Shown here: one piece after another, positions 1-9,210 of the stretch | Layout: every line of letters begins with the position of its first letter | Position numbering within the stretch: the first letter of the stretch is position 1 | Assembly: GCA_977017645.1 (NCBI GenBank) | Contig: OZ360233.1 | Coordinates: forward strand, 18,228,001-18,292,000 | Source of the DNA: Torpedo marmorata | Taxonomy: Eukaryota | DNA length: 64,000 nucleotides | Reading direction: 5' to 3' | Notes under the pieces: model-generated | Seen by the model: only the letters and a program-made list of their open reading frames with translations | What the model was told of the DNA's origin: nothing | Database searches by the model: none | Translations under genes and position numbers: made by a program

Positions 1-39
1 GGGGCAGAATATGGAAATATTCGGCTGTTCACCTTCATT

Positions 40-192
40 CTGGGTTCCTCACCATCCAGTAGTTTGCTGATTCTTTGGGCCGTTCTGCTTGGCGAGTCTT
101 TGTCTGATTGGTCAGCGCGTGTCCCTCCCGGCTCAGCGCAATTCCTCACATATCACACTGTTTCTGGGATATTGCGGAGACGCACAAAAGTT
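40..192 (+). pseudogene. Family-B V relic with the V exon deleted; leader remnant plus RSS
   Basis: Leader-like LLILWAVLL, GC donor, intron fused directly to CACACTG-23-ACAAAAGTT (154-192). Confidence 0.75.
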
Positions 193-612
193 CATTTTGA
201 GATGGGAAGTGGTTTGAGAGAAAACGGCAGAAAGAAGACGGGAGAGCGTGTTAAGTATTGCGGAAAGTTAAGCAGGTGAAAACGTGAGACAGAGTGAGGT
301 AGATAAATAGAACGAAAGAAGGGGAGTGAGAGTGGATTCTCTGAAAGGGAGGGAGGAGATACACAGCTGGAAGGAGAAAGATGCGGGGAATGTACAGATA
401 GAGGGTGCAATATGCGTGAAGGACGGGGAATGATATGCAGACTGTCTTATCAACTCGTTCTGATTGGTTCACGAATGGCCACACGAACCAATCCTGTGTG
501 AGGGAAACACTCACATATCTGTCCTTGCCGTTGGTTCGCTCATAATATCGCCCCACCCCTTGTATAGCGGTAACACAAAGTAATATTCGATTTTGACCTT
601 AATCCGCGTACC

Positions 613-658
613 ATGTCCTCCCTGAGTTGTTTGCTGATTCTGTGGGCCGTTCTGACTG
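613..658 (+). other. Extra upstream leader exon (L0). Further copies start at 5011, 7746, 15088, 21462, 25405, 29804, 32548, 39891, 46616, 53330 and 59592
   Basis: ATG plus 15 codons (MSSLSCLLILWAVLT), then G|GTGAGT; no V exon of its own. Confidence 0.8.
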
Positions 659-919
659 GTGAGTCTGTCTGATTGGTCAGCGACGTCTGTCCATCGTCCT
701 TGCTCTACGAGTCTCCCTCTTTAACTTAATAAAAGGTATACGATTCCCCCGAGTCATACCCTCTCCGTCGCACGTTCTCCCACCGTTTACTCATTTACAC
801 ACTCTCTGTTTAATGAACTTCCTCACGGTCGCTCTGTCGATCTATCTCTCTCTCTCTCGCTCCTCGCCGTTCTCGTGAGAGGGAAACGGCCCGTGTCTCC
901 AACAAAATGTCTGCTGCTG

Positions 920-968
920 CCGACGTGAATTTGCGCTCTTCTATCGGGCGAACATTTGTAAAATATCC
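920..968 (+). promoter_or_regulatory. Putative V promoter: CRE-like GACGTGA and TATA-like TGTAAAATAT (representative)
   Basis: Conserved about 70 and 35 nt before the ATG in family A; TGACGTGA also precedes C1 (~18314). No Ig octamer seen, consistent with TCR V promoters. Confidence 0.5.
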
Positions 969-993
969 TTCCTTCGAATTTATTCCACGCATC

Positions 994-1419
994 ATGTTCC
1001 TCTTTAGTTGTTATCTGATTCTATGGGCCGTTCTGCCTTGTGGGACTGATTGATCAACACGTGTCCCGCGGGGTCAGCGGCGTTTCGCGCCGTTCACACA
1101 TTCTGTCTTTTGTTCCAGGGGCGAGTGGGAACGATTCAGTGACCCAAGAACCCCCGGAACTGATTGTCAATGAAGGACAGATCGTATCACTGAGCTGCAG
1201 TTACTCAATGGTTCCCAATGCATATTTCTGGTACATTCAACGTCCTGGAGAATCTCCCAAATATTTGCTGAAAATCTATGCGTCAGGAGATGTGGTTCCG
1301 TCGCTCGATTGTCCGGAGAGGATATCGGGTTCATTGGACAAAAAGAGCCAGACATTCCACCTCAATAACTCGAAAACCCTTGTGGAGGATTCTGCCGCGT
1401 ATCTCTGCGCCGTGGAGCT
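994..1419 (+). CDS. TRAV: TCR alpha/delta-like V segment, family A (A1); own splice donor weakened
   Basis: Leader 994-1039 (MFLFSCYLILWAVLP), donor GTGGGA rather than GTGAGA, acceptor ttccag, V exon 1119-1419 (DSVTQ..SLSCSY..WYIQ..DSAAYLCAV), RSS CACACTG-23-ACAAAAACT at 1420-1458. Alpha versus delta cannot be resolved from this window. Confidence 0.8.
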
Positions 1420-1458
1420 CACACTGTTCCAGGGCGGTGGCAGATCCGCACAAAAACT
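1420..1458 (+). promoter_or_regulatory. 23-RSS (representative; one follows each V exon)
   Basis: CACACTG, then 23 nt (ttccagggcggtggcagatccgc), then ACAAAAACT. Confidence 0.92.
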
Positions 1459-2253
1459 CACCTCGAGACATTGAATCGGACCCTATGGCTAGGGGGCGCT
1501 CTCGGCCACGCATGGAAGCGAATACACGACCTTCCTGGAGAGTCTGCTGCAACGCCGAGATGCAGGAGATTTTCCCTCCTCTGAGCGTTTCTCTTTCACT
1601 GCTGCCTCTGTGTCTCATTCCGTAATTTGAGGTGGACGGTAGGAAGTCAGGGGGAGAGGAAGAAATGGATAGCTGTTTGCCAGAATATTGTATGAAAATG
1701 AAGGAGTGTTTGTTAGATGGAAATTGAGAAATTAAAAAAGCGGTAAACCGCGCGGGTGGGTGTGACCGGTAGGTGATCCTTCGGCCTCTCCTTCCCAAAA
1801 TCAACAACAAGCTCCTTGGTCTTGGTGAAAATAAGAACATAATTGTTGTTCTCGAACCACCAAACCAGGTTCACCATCTCCATTCTGCATTCTGACTCAT
1901 CTTTTCCAGTTATTTGGCCAACACTGGTGGTGTCTTCAGCTAATGTGTCGGTTGAGTTGGGGCTGAACTAGGCTGAACGGTCAATTGGTGCACATGGCAG
2001 AGATTGAAGGAAGGGAGAGATTGGAACTGCTCTCGAAAGATTAAATAAGTGTAAGACGGAGTCGCGTAGAGGTAGGAAGCTTAACAGAACGCGTGAAGGG
2101 GCGTGAGGTTTCAGGAAAACGAGTGAAGGTGATCGAAAGGGCAGAACGAGAGAAAAGAAGAGAGAGACGTCGGGAGTGTAAATATAGGTGGAGAAATAGG
2201 TCCGAAAAAGACGGAGAATGAGAAACGTCCAACATTAACAACCAGTTTTCATT

Positions 2254-3787
2254 ATTAGGAAATTTTTATGTAAAGGAAAGTTAGCAAGAGTAAGCATGGA
2301 AAAGTTAACCTGGAATTATGAGTTGGGTGGATTGCAACTTCCTAATTTTCAAAATTATTATAAAGCAGCCCAATTAAAATTTGTTAATGAATTTTTTGAT
2401 TCAACTAAATATTCTGCTTGGATTAAAATAGAATTAAATAATATAGGAGAACATTTTAAAGAAGAAATTATTTATAAATGGGATTCTAAATTAATATTAT
2501 TAAAAAAGAAAAATTCACCGATTATTAAACATTTGTTAGAAATATGGGGTAAGATGGATAAAGAGATAAGTGGAAGAGGATTAATTTCTTCAAATATGCC
2601 ACTATATCAAAATGGACTTATATCATTTTTTCTTAATAATCAGTTATTTAAAATTTGGTTTCGAAAAGGTATTAAGAAGATTAATGATTGTTTTGAAGCT
2701 GGAAAATTTATTACGTTTCAAAGAATGAAAGATAAATTTAATATACCAGATAATACATTTTTAGCTTATTATCAAGTTAAAGCTTTTTTAACTGAGAAAT
2801 TAGGTCATGCTTTGATTTTACCAAGACAAAATGAATTAGAATTATTAGTTACTAATGGAGAAGTTAATACATTTATTTCTCAAATGTATAAATTGTTTCA
2901 GAGGAATATGCCGAAAATAGGATTGCATAAATCAAGATTAAAATGGGAATTAGATTTAAATGTAAATATAGATGAAAATCATTGGAAAGATTTATGTAAG
3001 TTAAGTATGACGAAAATTATTAATGTTAGATATAGATTAGTACAATATAATTTCTTTCATCAATTATACTTAACACCTAAAAAATTAAAGAAATTTAATC
3101 CGACATTATCAGGACTATGTTTTAGATGCAATAATGAGGAAGGTTCTTTTGTTCATTCTACATGGTTTTGTCCAAAGATTCAAGATTTTTGGTTGAAAGT
3201 TAAGTTATTTTAGATAAAATATTTAATATTACATTTCCAATTACAATTACAATTGGAGACATTAGAAAATTTAGTATTAAAAAGAAATTAAATATGTTTC
3301 AAGTAGAATTTTTACGAATTGCTTCAGCGGTTTCGAAAAAATGCATTGCTATTACTTGGAAATCTGACTTAGATTTAGGATTAGAAAGATGGCATGCAGA
3401 GTTCCGTTCGTGTATACCACTGGAAAAAATTACTTATAATTTACGTAATAAATATCATTTCTTCTTGAAAATTTGGAGCCCATATATGAGAGCTGTGCGT
3501 TTAAGGATCTGAAGATCTCGAGATATCGGATCTACTGGCATACTTGACCTCCTTAATAGAATTAGTTTATAGATGATATTCCCCTTACTCTATCTTTTCT
3601 TTTCTTTCATTTTTCTATTTTTATTTTTACGTTTACTTTATATTACTAGATTAGTGGGGATGGGGGGGTGTTAGGGAGGGGAGGGAGGGTGGGGGGGTGA
3701 AAATGTATCACATGTACTTTTACAATTTTATATTTTATTTTATGTATTTTGTGATTTAAAAGTTGAAATAAAATTAAAAAAAAAAAA
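2254..3787 (+). mobile_element. 5'-truncated L1/Tx1-clade LINE (ORF2 C-terminus, 3'UTR, polyA)
   Basis: GGLQLPNFQNYY, CFRC..H..W.CP zinc knuckle, G-rich 3'UTR, AATAAA at 3767, polyA 3776-3787; one frameshift near 3210. Confidence 0.88.
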
Positions 3788-4129
3788 GGCGGAGTCGCGC
3801 AGAGGTAGGAAGCTTAACAGAACGCGAGAAGGGGCGTGAGGGTGCAGGAAAACGAGTGAAGGTGATGGAAAGGGCAGAACGAGAGAAAAGAAGAGAGAGA
3901 CGTGGGGAGTGTAAATATAGGTGGCGAAACACGTCCGAAAAAGACGGAGAATGAGAAACGGCCAACATTAACAAACCAGTTTTCATTGGTTCAACAACGG
4001 CGCTCTCTTGAGCCCATGAGCGAGGAGGGCGCCCTCCTGTGTGTCCCAGAGGATGGGCTGCTACTAACGAGACCCCACTGTCTGATATCGGGGCAGAATA
4101 TGGAAATATTCGGCTGTTCACCTTCATTC

Positions 4130-4590
4130 TGGCTTCCTCACCATCCAGTAGTTTGCTGATTCTATGGGCCGTTCTGCTTGGCGAGTCTCTGTCTGATTGG
4201 TCAGCGCGTGTCCCTCCCGGCTCAGCGCAATTCCTCGCATATCACACACTGCGTGTTTCATTCCAGGCACAAATGTGGAAATCTAGTGCCCCACGGACCG
4301 ATGGAACGGATGGCCGCAGGAAGTGTCACTGAGCTCCAGTTACCCGAAAAAGGTTACCGTATGTTTTTGGTACATTCAAATTCCCGTGGAATCTTGGATA
4401 TATTTGGTTAAAATGTACAGCGCAGGAGATGAGGTTCCGTGTCACGATTGTCCGGACAGGATAACGGGTTCCTTGGAGAAAAGGGGCAGGTAACCTCGAT
4501 ATCTCCAAAGCTATTAAAGCGGACATGGCCGTTTATGTGCGCGGTGCGGCTCACATTGTTTCTGGGATATTGCGGAGACGCACAAAAGCT
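4130..4590 (+). pseudogene. TCR V pseudogene, family B
   Basis: No ATG, GC donor, frameshifted V remnants (FWYIQ), RSS CACATTG-23-ACAAAAGCT at 4552-4590. Confidence 0.78.
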
Positions 4591-5397
4591 CATTCTGAGA
4601 TGGGAAGTGGTTTGAGAGAAAATGGCATAAAGAAGACGGGAGAGCGTGTTAAGGCTTGCGAAAAGTTAAGCAGGTGAAAACGTGAGACAGAGTGAGGTAG
4701 AGCAATAGAACGAAAGAAGGGGAGAGAGGGTGGAGTGAGTGAAAGGGAGGGAGGAGATCCACAGATGGAAGGAGAAAGATGCGTTGAGTGTACAGATAGA
4801 GGGTGAAATTTGCGTGAAGGACCGGGAACGAGATACAGACTGTCTTATCAACTCCGTCTGATTGGTTCAATAATGGCGACTCGAACGAATCCTGTGTGAG
4901 GGAAACACTCACATATCTGTCATTGACGTTGATTCGCTCATAACATCGCCCCACCCCTTGTATAGCGGTAACACAAAGAAATATTCGTTTTTGACCTTAA
5001 TCCGCGTACCATGTCCTCCCTGAGTTGTTTGCTGATTCTGTGGGCCGTTCTGACTGGTGAGTCTGTCTGATTGGTCAGCGACGTCTGTCCATCGTCCTTG
5101 CTCTTCGAGTCTCCCTCTTTAACTTAATTAAAGGTGGACAATTCCCCCAGGTCAAACCCTCTCCGTCACACGTTCTCCCACCGTTTACTCATTTACACAC
5201 TCTCTGTTTACTGAACTTCCTCACGGTCGCTCTTTCGCTCTATCTCTATCTCTCTCTGTCTCGCTCCTCGCCGTTCTCGTGAAAGAGAACCGGCTCGTGT
5301 CTCCAACAGAGTTTCTGCTGCTTCCGACGTGAGTTTGCGCTCTTCTATCGGGCGAGCATTTGTAAAATATTCTTCCTTCGAATTTAATCCGAGCATC

Positions 5398-5823
5398 ATG
5401 TTCCTCCTTAGTTGTTCGCTGATTCTATGGGCCGTTCTGCCTGGTGAGACTGATTGATCAACACGTGTCCCGCGGGGTCAGTGCCGTTTCGCGCCGTTCA
5501 CACATTCTGTCTTTTGTTCCAGGGGCGAGTGGGAACGATTCAGTGACCCAAGAACCGCTGGAATTGATTGTCAATGAAGGGCAGATCGTATCACTGAGCT
5601 GCAGTTACTCGATGAATCCCAATGCATATTTTTGGTACATTCAACGTCCTGGAGAATCTCCCAAATATTTGCTAACAATCTACAGGTCAGGAGATGTGGT
5701 TCCGTCTCCCGATTGTCCGGAGAGGATATCGGGTTCATTGGAGAAAAAGAGCCAGACATTCCACCTCAATAACTCGAAAACCCTTGTGGAGGATTCTGCC
5801 GCGTATCTCTGCGCCGTGAAGCT
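5398..5823 (+). CDS. TRAV: TCR V segment, family A (A2), apparently functional
   Basis: Leader 5398-5443 (MFLLSCSLILWAVLP), donor GTGAGA, V exon 5523-5823 open with Cys/Trp/YxC motifs, RSS 5824-5862. Confidence 0.85.
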
Positions 5824-6799
5824 CACACTGTTCCAGGGCGGTGTCAGATCCGCACAAAAACTCACCTCGAGACATTGAATCGGACCTATGGCTAGGGGGC
5901 GCACTCGGCCAAGCAATGGAAGCGAATACACGATCTTCCTAGAGAGTCTGCTGCAACGCCGAGATGCAGGAGATTTTCCCTCCTCTGAGCGTTTCTCTTT
6001 CTCTGCGTCCTCTGTGTCTCATTCCGTAATTTGAGGTGGAAGGTAGGAAGTCAGGGAGAGAGGAAGAAATGGATAGCTGTTTGACAGAATATTGTATGAA
6101 AATGAAGGAGTGTTTGTTAGATGGAAATTGAGAGGTTAAAAATGCTGTAAACCGCGCGGGTAGGTGTGACCGGTAGGTGATCCTTCGGCCTCTCCTTCCC
6201 AAAATCAACAACAAGCTCCTTGGTCTTGGTGAAAATAAGAACATAATTGTTGTTCTCCAACGCCCAAACCAGGTTCACCATCTCCATTCTGCATTCTGAC
6301 TCATCTTTTCCAGTTATTCGGCCACCACTGGTGGTGTCTTCAGCTAATGTGTCGGTTGAGTTGGGGCTGAACTTGGATGAACAGTCAATTGGTGCACATG
6401 GCAGAGATTGAAGGGAGGGAGAGATTGGCACTGCTCTCGAAAGATTAAATAAGTGTAAGACTGAGTCGCGAAGAGGTAGGAAGCGTAACAGAACGCGAGA
6501 AGGGGCGAGAGGGTGCAGGAGAACAAGTGAAAGTGATGAAATGGTGGAGCGAGAGTGAAGAAGTGGGAGACGTGGGAATGTAAATATAGGCGGAGAAACA
6601 CGTGCGAAAAAGAGCGAGAATTAGAAATGGTCAACATCAACAACCAGTTTTCGTTGGTCCAACAACGGCTTCTTATTGCGCCCACGTGCGCGGAGGGCGC
6701 CCTTCTCTCTGACCTAGACGATGGGCTGCTACTGACCAGACCCCATGTCTGATATCGGGGCATAAATGTTGAAATGTTCGTCTGGTGATCTTCATCCCG

Positions 6800-7265
6800 G
6801 CTTCCTCCCCAAGTTGAGTTGTTTGATGAATCTATGGGCCGTTATGCTTGGCGAGTCTCTGTCTGATTGGTTTCCCACCGGCTCAGCGAAATTCCTCGCA
6901 CATCACACACTGCGTGTTCGTTCCAGGCACAAATGGGGAAATCTAGTGACCCACGGACCGCCGGAACGGATGGCCGCGTGAAGGCAGACCGTGTCACTGA
7001 GCTCCAGGTACCCAACAACGGCTACCGTATATTTTTGTTACATTCAAATTCCCGTGGAATCTTGGATAGAGATGTTGAAAATCTACAGCTCAGGAAATGT
7101 GGTTCCATCTCACGGTTGTCCGGACACGATGACGGGTTCCTTGGAGAATATGGGCCGGATATTCCACCTCAATATCCCCGAAGCTCTTGAGCGGGACTTG
7201 GCCGTTTATCTCTGCACGGTGCTGCTCACGCTGTTCCTGGGAAATTGCGGAGTCGCACAAAAGGT
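6800..7265 (+). pseudogene. TCR V pseudogene, family B
   Basis: VSLSSRYP..FCYIQ..AVYLCTV; first Cys and Trp lost; RSS 7227-7265. Confidence 0.78.
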
Positions 7266-7518
7266 CATTCTGAGATGGGAAGTGGTTTGAGAGAAAACGT
7301 AAGAAAGAAGACGGGAGAACGCGATAAGAATTGCGAAACGTTAAGCAGGTGAAAGAGTGAGACAGAGTGAGCTTGTGGAATAGAACAAGAGAAGGGGAGA
7401 GATGGTGGAGTGAGTGAAAGCGAGGGAGGAGATACACAGAGGGAAGGAGGAAGACGCGGGTTAGTGTACAGATAGAGGGAGAAACTTGCGTGAAGGAAGG
7501 GGAACGAGATGCAGACTT

Positions 7519-7561
7519 TCTTGGTCTGCAGTCAAATGATCTACCACTGAGCTATGCCCTC
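7519..7561 (-). pseudogene. tRNA-Cys(GCA) 5' fragment retrocopy
   Basis: Reverse complement GAGGGCATAGCTCAGTGGTAGATCATTTGACTGCAGACCAAGA resembles vertebrate tRNA-Cys positions ~1-44; flanked by ~18-bp direct repeats. Confidence 0.75.
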
Positions 7562-8106
7562 ATCGAGATACAGACGTTCTTAACAACTCGGTCTCATTTG
7601 TTCAATAATGGACACACGAACCAATCCTGTGTGAGGGAAACACTCTCATATCTATCCCCAGGCGTTGGTACGCTATAACATCGCCCCACGCCTTGTTTTG
7701 CGGTAACACAAATAAATATTCGCGTTTTACCGTAATCCGCGTACCATGTCCCTCCTGCGTTGTTTGCTGATTCTATGGGTTGTTCTGACTGGTGAGTCTG
7801 TCTGAGTGGTCATCGACTTCTGTCCATCGTCCTTTATCGACGTGTCTCCCTCTTTAACCTAATTAAAGTTCGGCGATTCCCCCAAGACTCACACTCCTTC
7901 GCTCACCCTCTGTTTACTCATTTAAGATTTCACTTTGTGCTCACTTAACTCACTCGCGCGGTCTCTCCCGCACTCCCGCTCTCGCCCCTCGCCGCTCTCG
8001 TGCCAGGGAAACGACCAGAGGTTCTTCTGCTTCCGACGTGCGCTGGCGAACATATGTCGGGCGAGCATTTGTAAAATATCTTTCTTTCGCATTTAGGCCG
8101 GGCACC

Positions 8107-8532
8107 ATGTTTCTCCTGAGTTTTTGGCTGATTCTATCGGCCATTCTGCCTGGTGAGACTCGTTGGGCAACACGTGACGTGCTGGATCAGCGCCGTTCCG
8201 CGCCATTCACACATTCTGTGTTTTGTTCCAGGGGCGAGTGGGAACGATTCCGTGACCCAAACACCTCCGGAATTGAGCATCGACGGAGAGCAGATCGTAT
8301 CACTGAGCTGCATTTACTCGATGAGTCCCTTCGCATATTTTTGGTACATTCAACGTCCTGGAGACTCTCCCAAATATATGCTGAAGATCTTCACGTCGGG
8401 AGATGTGGCTCTGTCTCACGATTGTTCGGAGATGATATCGGCTTCCTTGGAGAAAAAGAGCCAGAGATTCCATCTCAAAATCTCAGAAACCCGCGAGGAG
8501 GATTCCGCCGTTTATCTCTGCGCCGTGGAGCT
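8107..8532 (+). CDS. TRAV: TCR V segment, divergent family A (A3), apparently functional
   Basis: Leader 8107-8152 (MFLLSFWLILSAILP), V exon 8232-8532 (DSVTQTPPELSIDGEQ..DSAVYLCAV), RSS 8533-8571. Confidence 0.85.
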
Positions 8533-8849
8533 CACACTGTTCCAGGGCGGTGGCGGATCCGCACAAAAACTCACCTCGAGAATTTCCATCGCTCGCTGTG
8601 GCCAGCGGGCGCACTCGGGCACCGGCAGCCAGTTCTGTCGGTCAGTGCACTGGAAGCGTCAACACGACCTTCCTGGAGAGTCTGCTGAAAACGGCAAAAC
8701 CGAGTTGCAGGAGATTTGCCCTCCTCTGAGCGTTTCTCTTACTCTGCCTCCTCTGTGTCAGATTCCTTACTTTGAGGTGGAAGGTAGCAAGCCAGGGAAA
8801 GAGAAGGAGTGTTCTTGTGATGGAAATTGTGAGATTAATAAAGCGGTCT

Positions 8850-9210
8850 GTTTAGGACAGATGCGTGTTCCTTCGGCCTGTCCTTTCTAAAATCAACAAC
8901 AAGCTCCTTGGTATTGGTGACATTAAGAACAGGATTGTTGTTCTGGAACCACCCAACCAGGTTCTTGATTTCCATCATGCATTTAGTCTCATTATTCCCA
9001 GTTATCCGGCCAACACTGGTAGCGTTGTCATCTAATTTGTAGATAGAGTTGGAGCTGAACCTGGCTGCACAGTCATGGGTGCCCATGGCATAGATTAGGG
9101 GACAAAGCAGGCAGCCTTGGACTGCTCCTGTGTTGATGGTCAGCGAGGAGGAGGTGATGCTGGCGATCAGCACTGTTTGGGTCTGCAGTGAGGAAGTCAA
9201 AAATCCAGTC
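8850..9210 (-). mobile_element. Rex1/Babar-like RT relic, interrupted by CR1 and resuming ~11948-12195 (shorter pieces at 1765-2005, 6165-6410, 60765-61000)
   Basis: TGAVQGCLLCPLIY..YKLDD..KTKELVVDFRK. Confidence 0.7.

Noticed and set aside
1040-1474. ORF-track 144-aa proteins starting at GTG (and paralogs)
   Set aside because: The GTG is the intron donor. The ORFs read through intron and RSS, and the real structure is spliced leader plus V exon.
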